Below, in pieces: positions 35,317-48,759 of a stretch of DNA of 64,000 nucleotides. Each line of letters begins with the position of its first letter. Positions within the stretch are counted from its first letter, which is position 1. Source of the stretch: Prorocentrum cordatum. Lineage: Eukaryota. Under the pieces are notes generated by a model, which saw only the letters and a list, made by a program, of their open reading frames with translations, had not been told where the DNA came from and did not search any database. The stretch covers positions 310,001 through 374,000 of the forward strand of contig CAUYUJ010000181.1 of NCBI GenBank assembly GCA_963575745.1. The letters are read 5' to 3'. Made by a program: the position numbers and the translations under genes.

Positions 35317-36238
35317 TCAAAGTACGCTGATAGAGCATGCCACGCTCACTGGGACGAGCGCTGCACCGCGCAGCTCGCACAACATGATCTGTAAGCACCG
35401 TATTCGCGCCGTCCAACCAGAACGACGAGGGATTTGCAAGAAGACCCCAATTAGCCAAATCTCGCCTCCAGAACACATCACGAAAAAGGCTTCGACACCA
35501 CCAGCAGCATCCACAACGGCCCACATTGACGCGCATCGACTCCTCGGGTAACTCAAGGGGTCGGCGGATGTGGCGTAAGCCTAAAGAATACCTATCTCGA
35601 ATTCTCCCTCGGCATGCCTGTATACGATATACTTGGCCTGGATGGGATTTGTTCCGTTGTCATATGGAACGTAGACATGAGTGCCATTTGACTTCCAATA
35701 TTTGGCACTGCCCCAATCTTTGATGACGTACAGCTGCTCGTACGGAAAGCCCCGCGTCATGATGTGCGGTTCAACTTCAATGCGATTCCATGCGTCGATG
35801 GTTACATATGGATGGTCTTCCCCAGTATCATCTGAATCGCCTCCGCCAAGAAGATACCCAGGAGAACTGCTAAGAGGGAATATTATGAAGATGCCCAAGG
35901 GAAGAAACAGAAAGCAACACGAGGTGCAAGAGCATATTGCAGCGAAGCGGGCACGAGACGATTTGTTCTGCGGCACCATGTCTTCTGGTGAAGGAGAGGC
36001 CTGTAGGTTTTCCAACTCCTCTTGTGATGCAGCCTGGAAATCCACCCCCGACTGCATTATGCCAACGGTATCTAAGGGGCCAGCGCAGTGCTGAGTGCGC
36101 ACCCGCGCAGCAGCACCATGAAATCCTGCGCTTACGGCAAAAGCCTAATGTGGCACACGGCTGGGCGGGGTGGCACTCGCGGGGCGCGGCCGGGGCTCGG
36201 CCTGTGGCCTGTGCGGCTTGAGCCAAAATGGCTACGGA
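35317..36238 (-). pseudogene. SL-headed retrocopy encoding a single-pass membrane protein of unknown function
   Basis: Full DinoSL at 36238-36217; ATG at 36057; hydrophobic segment FAAICSCTSCCFLFLPLGIFIIFPL; TAG at 35583-35581, after which the same frame stays open to 35317. Confidence 0.65.
36217..36238 (-). other. Dinoflagellate spliced-leader relict (22 nt, exact)
   Basis: TCCGTAGCCATTTTGGCTCAAG; not followed by a GT donor, so not an SL RNA gene. Confidence 0.97.
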
Positions 36239-36589
36239 CATGTTTGGTCGGACAGAACCCTTAATACCAGATTCCAGATCCTCCCGGCGAGGCGCGTCGA
36301 ATGAGCATGGCCCCGGGCCATTTGGGCCACTTCCAAAACATGTTGATCGGTTGTGTACACTATATCTTGATATGAAAAACTTGTGCTTTTTCTAAGACAC
36401 CTGAAACAAAAACATCCGAGGAAATTCGCTGGGCCTTGTGCCCAAAGCGTGCCAAGATCGTGTCCTTGCCAACGCCGTGACTGTTCAAAGGTCCCCGCGC
36501 GCGAGGCGGCCCTGGGGCCCCTCGGCCCTGTCGTCCCCGGCCCTCCCGCGAGTCGAAGTCACTGTTGCGCCCTCGAAGAGCGCGGAAGG

Positions 36590-36800
36590 AACGAGGAGAT
36601 CGAGGAAGGAAGAGATCGAGGAGGGTCGAGGAAGATCGAGGAAGATCGAGGAGGAAGATCGAGGAGGGAGAAGGATCGAGGAGGGTCGAGGAAGATCGAG
36701 GAAGGAAGAGATCGAGGAGGAAGATCGTGGGTCGAGATTCGAGAAGGATCGAGGAAGATCGAGGAGGGTCGGGGTCGAGCCGAGGAGGATCGAAGATCGC
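36590..36800 (+). repeat. Minisatellite of GAGGAAGATC-like units
   Basis: Seen directly. Confidence 0.8.
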
Positions 36801-39609
36801 GAAGGTGCGTCTCGAGGGGGGAGGAAGAAGAGGGACTAGAAGGAGCACGGGGACGGAGGACAGAGGCTGGAAGGGAGGAGGGAGGCTAGGATGGAGGGAG
36901 GGTGAAAAAACGGATGGAGTGACGGTGAAAGCGGGGTCTATGAACTGACATCTTGGAGAGCACACCTTGACGCAAGACCCTAACATCCCACGGGCCTAAC
37001 CTCAGCCGTTATCAGAAGTGTGGCGTGAAGACTCCAAAGTTGATTACCCCTACCCGAGATCTCAGACATGATGCTTACGACCCCTCCCCTGCTACAGCCA
37101 CCTTCCCACATCACAAGCGTAAATCGAGCATCCTAGTCTTAAGACGCGAGCCTGCACCCCGGATATAAAACCCCAAATCACGAGCGCCAAAAGCAACCGA
37201 ACACCCTGGCACTATTACCCCTCCTCCTCTTTTCGCGGAGGACGAAGAGGAGGAGGAGGAGGAGGAGGAGGAGGAGGAGGAGGAGAAGCAGGAGGAGGAG
37301 AAGGAGGAGAAGGAGGAGGGAAAACGAGCAGGAGGAGGAGGGAGGCTGGATGGAGCGGGGAGGGAGGGATTGAGGGAGGGAGGAAGGAGGGAGGGAAAGA
37401 GGGAGGAAGGGGAGGGAGGGAGGGAGGAGGAGAGGAGGAGGAGACGAGGCTGAGGAGGAGGAGGAGGACGAGGAGGAGGAGGAGGAGGAGGAGGAGGAGG
37501 AGCAGGAGCAGCAGCAGCAGGAGGGAGGAGCAGGAGCAGGAGGTGGAGAAGGAAGAAGCAGGAGGAGGAGGAGGAGAGGAGGAAGTCTTGCTCCTGGCAC
37601 TGAGACCCAAATCCGCCCCCACAACGCCCACACCAGAACCGCCCTCCGTCGTCGCCAGAGTCTCTAAAGCCTCCTCCCCCTCCCCCTCCCCCTCCTCCTC
37701 CTTCCTCCTTCCTCCTCCTCCTCCTCCTCCTCCTCCTCCTCCTCCTTCCTCCTCCTCCTCCTCCTCCTCCTTCCTCCCCCTCCTCCCCCCCCCATTCAAC
37801 ATTGTTGCATTCTCTCTCCGCGACGAGGCTCCCGCCCCTGCCTCCGCCTCGTCCCAAGCACTTCCGATCCGTATCACCCCCTATTCCTGTCCGAGTTCAT
37901 CGTTGGCGGCGGGGGAGAGGAGGAGAAGGAGGAGGAGGAGGAGAAGGAGGAGGAGGAGCAGCAGCAGCAGCAGCAGCAGCTGCAGCAGCAGCAGGAGAAG
38001 GAGCAGGAATGAAGGAGGAGTAGGAGAACGAGGAGGAAAAAAGAAGGAGGAGGAAGAAGAGGAGGTGCAGGAGCAGGAGGAGGAGGAGGAGGAGGAGGAA
38101 AAGGAGGAGGAGGAGGACGAGGAGGTGTCGGAGGGGGGAGGGGGAAGAGGAGGAGGAGGAGGCCGCGGAGGCGGAGGAGGAGGCTCTGGAGGCCATGGAG
38201 ACTCAGGATGACGACGAAGTGTGCCGAGACGATGCACCAAGTCATCAACGATGATACAATGAAGAGGGCGCCAGACGATTAGCGATCGGCTCGAGCGAAA
38301 ATGGGCACCAACCTCTTGAAACCATTGCCAGGCCTGGTTGCCGTGTCCCCTGTATGATGTGCCTCGCGGCCCCCGGGAGCGGTCTCTCAAAACAAGGTTT
38401 GGAAATCAAGAGCGCTCTTGAAACACATCTAGCCCCGCATTTGCGAAACCACCAAACCCTGGATCCTGTAGGTCATAACCTATGGGACGTGTGGGCTTCT
38501 CGAGATCATGTGGGACCTTCTTGAGACAGAAACCGCGCAGAATCGCATCGCACAGACTTCAGACCCACCGTCCCTGGGAACGCCAGCTTAATTGGCTTAC
38601 GATGTCTTATAGACAAAAATTGTTCATCGAAGAATTGATCCGGCCACCCCCCCGGCCAACCCGGGCCAACCCATCTGGCCAACCCCGGGGCAACCCCGGC
38701 CAACTCCTGGCCAAGGCAGTTCTCTTTCGATAGGACATAGTAAGATGATGCTGGTCACGCACGCGGGCCTTGCTTCAATCACCTGCTGGTCGTCCCTCTG
38801 CCCTCCTTTTCGGCACGTCCGCAGCACTCTCACCACCGTTTGCGGTGTGGGCTGGGTCGCTGCCTCTGTCTCTTCAGTCTCCTCCTCCTCCTCCTCTTCC
38901 TCCTCCTCCTCCTCCTCCTCCCCTACCCCCCCCTACCCCCCTTAGCGCGCCGCTGAAGCATGGCAGGGGGCGACGCTCCAGGCTGCAGAGCCCCGAAGTA
39001 ACAATCTCGGCCCGCCGCCGCGCGGACGCTCTTGTGGATGTTGGTTGGCGCCCTGTCTGGCGTAGAAATTTGCGGCTCGACTCCCCGACCAATACGGCAT
39101 GAACACACCGTCGTCAATCGCACGCATCCTTGACATGTACGCAGGGGTCCAGGCAACGTCTATCGCTGAGTCGCCAACGTCATGCATCCACAGCCCAAAC
39201 GTGTTTCCACAGCTGGATGCACGGATGACTGGATCCACACCCGTAACGACATGCCTGCGTCCACGCGTATCGTAATTCGCTGTGATCCGTGACTTTGGCT
39301 TCTGTGACCTGCAGACGTGTGCTTCTGCGAACTGGAAGGGCTTCCAGCCCGCGGGAGTCTTCTGAGACTGGCTGCGAAAGTCCTGCCGACCTCGAGTCGG
39401 CAGCTGCTGGGGGGTCTGGCCTGGAAGCGACCGCAGAAACTGCCGAGGCTGGCGGCGCGCGCACGTCGGCACGCTCCTGCTCTGAGTCATCTAAGACTGG
39501 CGGCGCGCGCCCTGCGGCATGCTCCTGCTCTGAGCATTCTGAGGGCGGGCGCGGGCGTTGCACCTGTACGCCGTGGCGGCTGGCAGGGAGCGGGGGTCCC
39601 CTAACAAAA

Positions 39610-42600
39610 CTATTGCTCGAGCGTCTCCAGCCAGTGCGCCACGTCTTCCTTGAGCCATCCCGCTGGCGCCGCCCCGCGGTGGCGCTGCGCCACGCCCTCG
39701 GCGGCCAGAGCCTTCATGATTAGCTTGCGGCCTGGCCACTCTGGGGCCCCACCGATCAGCTTGGTCTTGTCCGCGTCGAAGCATCGCTCGAGCCGCATGA
39801 AGCTGAGCTACTGCTGCAGCTCCTACTTCGTGACTTCGACTTCTGCCATCTCGTCGGACGGCTGGGCCTGCTCCAGGTAAGCGCTGATCTCCTGCATGAG
39901 TGCCCCGCCCACGTCGCAATTCAGGAGGCTCTCCAGCGCGGCGAGCCCCAATGCTGGAGCTGTGGGCCCTATATCCTTGAGCATCTGCCTGTCCTCCGCG
40001 CCTCCGCTGCGGAGCTTGTCGAGCACGTTCTTGTAGCCCTCCAGCTTGGCGGAGGCCCCGTCCACGTGTGGGTGCTTCGTCGTCGTCGTGTACGCGTCGA
40101 TGTTGATGCTGCTGTCGAGGCGCGTCGCGCGAGTGGTCTGGAGCAGCGGCTTGAGCGTGGTGCGTAGCAGGGCCATCAGGTTATTGTCCTTGCTGCTCCA
40201 GACCTTGTCGCTGCGGGCCCCCCTCCTCGCCCTGTGGCCGCCCCTGCGCTTCCTGCGCATGTCGCCCATGGCTGCCTGCTCGTCCTCGTCGGCCTCGATC
40301 GTCGCGTCGACTGGCGCTCTCGGCGGCTGACCCGGCTTCATCGGCGGCTTCTGGAGGCGGGGCTCGGCCGCGGGGGGGGGCTCCCTCGTCGCTCCTGGAG
40401 GCGGCGCCAGATGCCTTGGAGCCCCTGGAGGAGTCCACGGGGGAGGGCGCCAGTTCGCGCGCTCCGGCTCGGCTGCTGGCTGCGCGGCCCCGGCGGTGGA
40501 GCCCCCCCCTGGTAGCGCCGCTGCTGCCGTCGTCGTGCTCACGTCGCAGTGCTGGCAGCGTGGGCGTCGACGCTGCGGTGGAGGATGGAGCCGCTGTTGG
40601 AGTCGCTGTCGGGGGCGCTGCTGCCCGACGTGGCGGTCGAGCGACGCGTGGCCGATGTCGAGGAGCTTCGCGCGTGCCCAGAATGAGGCCCGCTGCTCGG
40701 CGGAGGGCTGCCCTGGCTGCCGGGGCGCCCTCGATCGCGCGAGGTGGCCGAGGCGCGGGTCTGAGCGAGGCGGCTGCTCGAAGCTGCGCTGGGCCCGACT
40801 TCGCGGGGCGGGCCTCGGCCCTGATAGTCGGCTTTCGCATCGGCCCCGATGGCGACGGCGGAAGATGCGAGAGAAGATGGGCTCGATACTGAGAATAATC
40901 ATGGATTTCGCGCTGGTCGGCGGAGTCGACTTCACATTCGCGAAGGGGGCACTGTAGTGCGCATGCAGACTGGCGCCATGGATATACATGGTGTGTGAGC
41001 TCCGCCATGCACCTACCAACAATCCACGCGCGTCGTGGACGCCGTGCAGCATGATCTTGATTCGGGAACGTAGTCTGGCATACGATACATTTGTTGTCGA
41101 CCTGTAATGTTGTGAGTGGTCATGGCACACCGCGCCCGCCCCTCCGAGATTTCGACTGACGCGTAACCAACTGTTTGAGAGTCCCACGCCGTAGCCCACA
41201 AGAAGGAGCTTGACGTACGAACGGGCGGTTGATTCCGTCGTCGCTGTCCATCTCGTCGCATGACGTCGCCGAGGGGAGGGGGGAGACCAACGTACTGGTC
41301 CCTGGTGGTGCCCGTTGCGGGGTCCAGTAGGAGGCTCTGAGTGCGCGAACGTCGCAATACTGGAAGGAGCTACGAGCAGACTCATCTCCCCACAATGTTT
41401 ACAACAGGCGGCTGCCACACCTCCTGGAAACTCTCGCCGATGGGGTGCGGCGCCAGGCACAACAGGTCATATGCGAGCTGCTTGGCCCACGGGTGAACAC
41501 TCGGGGCAGCGGAGATCCCACCCTGCTCGTTGAGGGTGGAGGCGCTGGGCGGTGATTTATGCCCGCCTGCTGCTCGAAGCGACGTCGCCCAAAACAGATA
41601 GCAAGGAACTGGCCGTAGTGGTTCGGGTTTTGCACATTGCTCTGGCACCAGCTTAGTCTGCGCACGAGTAGTTCGATGGCCGACGGGGCAATCTTCCACT
41701 CTTGAAACACCCGATGGTTTGTGAAAAGAATGGGCATCCTGCTCATCGAAGTGATGCGCCGCACCTCTCATCATAGCTCGAAGTTTCCGTGCTAGTGAGC
41801 TGTCTGGACGACGTAGCCCCCGTGGGCTAACGGCGCAACTTTCCAGTCCTGACCACGCGCGCCCCGCGACGTAGGACACGAACGATAGCCGTTTGGCCCT
41901 CCAGGGGCCGCCCGAGAACCAGTAGTCTCCAAGACGTGTCCAGCCTACGTTCCAATCTTGTAGTCGTGCTTCAATTTCACGGCGGTTATTGTTGGCCACA
42001 TTGACGTAGCCCCCCAAGTGAATCAGGCCCTGGACCGCGTTGCCCGGCGCGTTGCTTTCGACGTCCCGAGCGGCCCCGTGCGCGCGCCCAGGGGTACCCG
42101 GGTGTCCTGCTCACCTATGTTCTGGGCGTCGCCTCCGAGGTCCGGGGCCTGGGAGAGGGAGCGGTTGTCGATCGCATCTAACTGGGGGGCCTGGAGCGCG
42201 GCGCCGTCGGGCACCAGGAGGATCTTTTGAACAGGTCATCGATGAACGCGCCAACGCGCGCGTCGTAGCTCTCGGTCGAGAAGGGGCGCACTACTTGACG
42301 AGGGTCCCCTTGGACTTCGGCCATTTCCTCATTCCATCTGGTCGCCAGCGGGTAAAAAGATCCCACGAATAATTCAGGTTCATTTGAATCTCCCATCTTC
42401 GCCCCCGTGCCTGGCCGAAGAGCAAGGGGGGAGTCGGAAGCCTGGAGGTGCACTACCGTCTCCTCGCTATGCTGCTCGAGGAGTGGCTGGAAGCGATCGC
42501 CTTCGCACCAAACAGCGTGCGCGGCGATGAGACGCATGTGATGTCCCGTCGCACAAGCATTGCGCACGTCATGGGATTTGGCCAGGAATGCCAAACGCGC

Positions 42601-44240
42601 ATCTCGGAGCTTCCAGATCGAAAGCTTAGCCATCAGCACGAGGGCCTCACGGCGTCTGGAATGGACCCATCCGTAGGCCCAGTGGGGGGGGGGGGGGGCG
42701 TAAGCGGCGCCACTGTACCAGTCCGATACGGAGATAGAGCCGCCAGAAGTGATCAAAACAATCAAGTAGCCGTACGCGTGAGTGAATGTCGGCGATGGCG
42801 TCGCCAATGGGGGCTTTTCGTTTGTTTCCAATCGCCACTGCTTGGCTCGTGTAGGCCTGAGCTGGGAGAGATCCGCTGTGGTGAACGTGGGCAAGTAGAG
42901 TGGCGAAGGCCTGCGCGATTGCGTAGCACTGGTCATAGTCGAGCTTGAGCTTACGCTTGTGGGGCTGGCGTGGGCGTCGGGCGAGAGGGTCGGCATGCTC
43001 GCAGTCAGCGCTGGCGCGTCCAAGTCCAACGCGCTGCGCGCCAGGTCGCGCGAGGCACTGCGGGTGCAAGAGCAGGATGGCGGCTTCCAACGGCCAGCCC
43101 CACGGTGGGTTGTAGCGTCGGCGCTTCGCCTGCCACAATCGTTTCTGGATGTGCGCCAGCTCCTCGGCCGCTGCCGTGATGTCCTCGATGCTAGGGCTCA
43201 CCGACCGGTGCCGGTTGGACGTCACTGCGTGCGAGGAGGCGCTCGGTAGACATGGGGTCGTCGAAGTAGAGGCTGACGTTAGCAGACGTGGCCGTGAGGC
43301 CCCCTCTCGTGGCGTCGGTGGTGAACGTGGCGGTGCACTCGGCAGCGGTGGGGCGCGTGGAAAGGAGCGACAGGTAGGAGCGTCGTCCTGGTGCAGTGCG
43401 GCGACGTGAGCCACTCTTGCAAGGTCGCGGCAAGCCCATGAGTCGCGCATATCCTGGTTTATGCTCACCTTCCACCTGTGGTCCATCCGTCGTTGGTAAT
43501 TCCGTAGCTGGAGCTGGATGTTGCGGAGGACGACGTTGTTGAAGGGCAAGCATTGAGTTCGTAGGTGGGCGCGGCGCTTGAGTAGTTCAAGCCGGTCTCG
43601 TCGAGCCTGCTGATACCAGTGTGGTTGGTGGGCCTCCCTGGTGAAGTATCGGCTTGCACAGGTCCTGATGATGTGGTTGAGAAGCGCGTTGTGGCGGGTG
43701 GGGAACTGGTCCATCTTGACGACGCGGCAGAGCTCGCGGCGGGGGTTGATGTGGTGAGCAACATCGCGGATGAACTCTTCGCGCTTCTCGCCTGTCTGCA
43801 AGCATGCGGCCATGATGCCGTGGTCCCATTTGATCGGGCCCTGGGTGGGGCAGTCGGAGTGGAAAGGTATATTGATCTGCATGGGCATCGGAATGTGGTC
43901 GGGTGCGTGGAGGAGGGCGCGGAGGCGGCTGTGGATTTTCCAGTTCAGGCGGACGTACTTGACGATCTCGAGGATGGTGTGGTGGCCGATAAACTAGTCG
44001 ACGCGGGAGCGGAAGTGTCTCGGGCCGCAGTACGTGTAGCCCATGTCGGTGTGCGTGTTGATGGCGGTGAGTTCGTGGTGGAGCAGCTGGTCGTGGACGT
44101 AATGATGATGATTACGTGTGAGAATGAGGAGCTTGCCTCCCGTGCCATGTCCATTCAACCTTACGCACTGGTCTTGCCTAGTTTGTTCGCGCTTTGCCGA
44201 AGTCGGTTTCACGAAGTCCTCGTTTATCCGTAGAACGCTC
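39610..44240 (-). mobile_element. Decayed, 5'-truncated LINE (APE remnant - RT - zinc fingers - extra 3' ORF)
   Basis: APE end (TYCGP..SRVD*FI..PDHIP, ~44050-43890). RT motifs across frameshifts (RVRLLDCFD, AYGW...RRRE, SHDVRNA, GAKMGDS, AFIDDL, LGGY). Fingers NKCIVCQTTF (~41090) and CPLREC...HLLSH (~40950). Multiple stops and frameshifts; ends approximate. Confidence 0.82.
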
Positions 44241-45395
44241 CAGCTCCGTGGTTTAAGTTCGCCCAGCGTAAAAAATGCAAGGAGAACGATAGGGAAAAGG
44301 AGGACGACGAGGTGGAGGAAGAGGCTCGGGGGAGGAACCTCGGAGGAGGGCCAGGACGAGGAGGAGGAGGAGGAGGACCAGTGCAGACCCAAGACGCATC
44401 AACGACGTTGCAATGAACCCTTTTTCCAAATTCGCTCTTCACAGGTCCCTACAGGGATTCATTTTCAATGAGGGAATGGCCCCATTGGACGACAGCCGTC
44501 TGAAAATCTTGAACCGTACCAAAACACCAATTGCGGGACTCCAACGTCGCGAATCAAAATTATTCTTGCGTCCTCACGGTCCTGAACCGTGCCAGATCAC
44601 CGTTCCTGGGACTTCAACACCGCGAATCAACGTAACAGTTGCACCCTGACCGCCCTACATCGTGCCACGGTACCACTTCTGGGGCTTCAACCATAATAAC
44701 CCTTGACGCTGCTGTAAGCTATGACTGCGAACGTGCGCAACACTACAACGATAAACACATGTTGAAACCATCCGGCCCTCCATCCGTGAAGCTCTTGCAA
44801 ACTGTTGCCACGAATGCGCGCGGCGCTTGGGCGAGAACCGCATTATGTAATCCGCCCGCCCTCCACCCGTGCAACTCTTGCACATGAGTCAGGCTAGCAG
44901 ACGCGGCGGTACAACGAGAGCCACAATTTGAAAAAAACTACCCGCCCATCATCGGTGACACGCTGGCAACCTTTCAGAACGAATACGCGCAACTCTAAAG
45001 CGAGAACAACGTTTCGGCAACTGCCTGCCCTCCAGCCGGGAAGCTGTTGCAAACGTTCGGCTCAAGGGTCATACATGGTGAGGAGTTCCCAAGCGAAGCG
45101 CCCAACCCGCCCTACCGACACGTCACGGGGTGCGAAAAGAAAGAGTTACGTGTAAGGAAGGGGAAGGGGAGGAGAGGCTGGGGACGTGGAGGCCGTGGAC
45201 TGCGACGGGGATTGGGAGGAGGGAGGGAAAGATGCGAGGCAGGGAGGGAGGAGCGGAGGAGGGATGCAGGACGGAAGGAAAAGAGAGAGAGAGGGATATA
45301 GAAAGAGAGGGAGAGAGAGAGAGAGAGAAAAAACGAGAGAGAGAGAGAGAAAGGGGAGGGGGAGATACACACATATATGTATATAACAAGGGGAA

Positions 45396-45431
<36 letters not shown>

Positions 45432-47034
45432 AAAAAAAAGAGAGATAGGGAGAGGGAGGGAGAGAGTGAGAGAGAGAGGGAGGGAGGGATAGAGAGAGAG
45501 AAGGATATAGAGTGAGACTGAGAGAAAGGGGGGAGACAAATAACACAATGGCGAGGTTTCACGATTCGGACCGCGGGTCTGGGCACCAGCGGGCTTGGTG
45601 CGCCGCGCATCTTGCTCCAACGGGGTCAGGGCCGAGCCCTATCGGTGTGACGGAGGGCAAAGCGCCCGCGGCTGCTGCTGGGAGGAGGGACGACGAGCCC
45701 GGCTGCCGCGCGCAAGAACAAGGGCCCCTCCTCATCGGCTTCCTTGTGTCTCCCCCTCACGTCTTTGGGTCTCGTCTCCTCCCTCCTTCCTCCTCCTCGT
45801 CCCTCTTCGTCGTCCGTCCTCGTCCCACCTTGTCCTGCTGTTCCTCCTCCTCCTCCTCCTCCTCCTCCTCCTCCTCCTCCTCTTCCCCCTCCTCCTCCTC
45901 CCCCTCCTCCTCCTCCCCCCTTCTTCCAGATGGGGCGCGATGCTGACTCGGTGTTGCCCCCGAGCGCCACTGCCTTCACTGGCTCCCCCTCTCCTCGCCC
46001 ATCCGCCCCCGCCTCCCTCCCCGCCTTCCCTCTCCCTTCCTGTCCCTCGGGGGCTGCCAGAGGTGCCACTGGCCTCCCCAGCTGACCGCTCCATCTTGGA
46101 GCCGCCTGGGCCCTCGGGGCCTCGAGAGGGCGCTGTGGAGGCCTCTGGGGCATCCCTGGGAATCCTGGGGGGGGCACCTTGGGCCAGGGGCCCTTCGAGC
46201 GACACCCGACGAGGGGAGATGCCGCAGCGATGGACTGGCGCCCGGACAGGGCGTCGCTGCGGTGGCAGCGCAGCGCCCCTGCGAAGCGACCCCCCCCCCG
46301 CTGGTTGCCCCGGTGAGGCTGCACGGAGGCCCCGGAGCCAATCGGGAGGCGGCAGCCAGCAGGCCAGTGGTTGGCCGACGTGGCGCGGCAGAGGCCGACC
46401 ACGGCGGCGGCACCGTGCTGGCCGACTGGGCAAGCGAAGGCGCGAGGGGGTCAGACACGCACAGGCGCGACGCAACCCCCCCGGGGCGGGGGCGGGGCGG
46501 GGGGGGGAGGGCGCAAACCCGAGTGGAGACAGGGGGCGGCCGCCCGGACAGAGAAGCACGGGGGGGAGGAGGGACAGGAAAACGGGAAAGAGAGGAGGGA
46601 AGGAACAGAGGGGGAGAGGGGGAGCGGCGGTGCAGGGGGGGGCGGGCCCCTGCAGTAGGCACATGCGATACTTGCCGCCCCGGTTACGCAACACGCAACC
46701 CGTAGCGTGCTGACACGGAACTCAACACGTAGACTGAACACGTAGGTCTGGCGGGATACGGACACAAACAACGTGGGCCAACACGTGCCAAGCCAACACG
46801 CAGCGTGTTAGCACTGACGTTTCGAGCACGGTACGTCTTGCGTGCCAACGCGGGCGTACCAGGGCAGCCTAAGATGCGACGAGGAATCTTGCTGTCAGAA
46901 CTATGGCGGCACGCTCCTCGTTGATCCTTGAAGGCCGCGAGATGCCCCAGAGCTCCCGTGGGTCCCTGGGGCCATGGGGAGAGAAGGAATATCCTCCTCC
47001 TCCTCCTCCTCCTCCTCCTCCTCCTCCTCCTCCT

Positions 47035-47134
47035 NNNNNNNNNNNNNNNNNNNNNNNNNNNNNNNNNNNNNNNNNNNNNNNNNNNNNNNNNNNNNNNNNN
47101 NNNNNNNNNNNNNNNNNNNNNNNNNNNNNNNNNN
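47035..47134. other. Assembly gap (100 N)
   Basis: Run of N; adjacency across it is not assured. Confidence 1.
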
Positions 47135-48759
47135 TCCGCCCAAGATGGTCCAAGACGGCCTCCAAGACGGCCCAAGAGAGTCCAAGCCCGCCCAAGAGGC
47201 CCCCCAGAGGCCTCCCAGACGGCCCAAGAGGCCTCCCAGAGGTCCTCCAGGAGGGCCCGAAGAGGCCAAAATCATTGATTTTCGTTTGGTTTTTGAAGGA
47301 TTTTGGAATTTGCTTCTTCTCGGCATTCCGACGGCTCAAGACGGGCCCAAGAGGCCCCCAAGATCGCCCAAGAGGCCCCCAGAGGGCCCCCATAGACGGC
47401 CCAAATGCAGCAAGAACGGCTCAAATGAGGGCCCCAAGACGGCCCCAAGAGGGCCCCAAGACGGCCCAGATGGCCTCCAAGATGCCCAAGATGGTCTCCA
47501 AGACGGCCCCGAAGCGCCCCAAGAGGGTCCCCCGTTGGCCCAGAAAGGCCCCCAAGACGGCTCCCGACGGCGTCAGACGTGCCAGGAACCCACCAAGATG
47601 GTCGAAGTTGGCTCGAAGCTGGCCCAAAAGGGCCCAACAGGCCCCCAAGAGGGCCTCGAGGAAGGCCAGAAGAGGCCAAAAACCTTGATTATCCTTGGGC
47701 TTTTGACGGATTGTGACATTCCCTTCTTTTCGGCCTTCCGACGGCCCGAGACGGCCCAAGAGCCCCCAAAGATCGCCGAAAGATCGCCCAAGAGGCCTCC
47801 AAGATGGACCCAGAACGGCCCAAGAGGGCCCCAAGACGGACCAGGAGGCCTTTAAGACGCCCAAGATGGCCTCTAAGACGGCCCTGGAGCACCCCAAGAG
47901 GGCCCCAAAGTCGGCCCTGAGAGACCCCCCAAACGGCTTCCGACGGCGTCAGACGGGCCAGGAGCCCACCAAGACGGCCGAAGATGGCCCTAAGATGGCC
48001 CAAGAGGCCTCCAAGAGGGCTTCCAGGAAGGCCCGAAAATGGCCTACAGCATTGATGTCCTAAGAGTTTTCAAAGGATTGTGGCATTCGCTTTTTGTTCG
48101 GCCTTCCGACGGCCCGAGACGGCCCAAGTGCCCTCACAAGATCGCCCAAGACGGCCCCAAGGGGCCCCCAAGACGGCCCAAGAGGCCTCCAAAACGCTCA
48201 AGATGGCCTCCAAGACGGCCCAAGAGCCCTCCAAGACGAACTCCAAGAAGGCCTGAAAATGTCAAAATGGCCTCCAGACGGCCAAGAGGACCTTCAAGAT
48301 GCCCATGCGTTCCCCGACAGCTTTCCAAACCGATTCGGGGAACACATGGTCCGATAGCTTGGCAGGTCTGGCCTCAACATTCGGCCACATAGGCGCTTCC
48401 AAAAAGGCAAGGGGCGGCGGTGATTCGCCGTAGGCGTCTTCGATCCGCCGCCCCCTGTCGATTCATCGCAGGGGTGCCTGGCGTGCTGGATCCTCTCGGT
48501 TTTGGTGTTGGTTCTTTTTCCAAAAGAACCCCCCCTGGCGCTTCGGCCCGTCCCGCCGGCCCTGCGGAAAGCCTGCAAACGACCTCAACGTCCACAGAAA
48601 ATTATCCCGGCAAAGCAACCTAACAGCGATGTGTAGGAGCATATCTGGAAGCATTCCCCTTAAGATTCAGATAAGAATCCTGTTGTAGAATTCTGCTGTT
48701 CTCGCAGTCGTGGTCGCATTCGCGATGGCAGTCGCAGTGGCAACAGCAGTCCCTGTCAC

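Noticed and set aside
36217..36238. SL RNA gene
   Set aside because: The leader is followed by CC (and by GG at 32971), not a GT donor, and leads into an mRNA-like ORF.
48411..48500. Hammerhead ribozyme in the structured module
   Set aside because: No CUGAnGA/GAAA core on either strand by eye; left unclassified.
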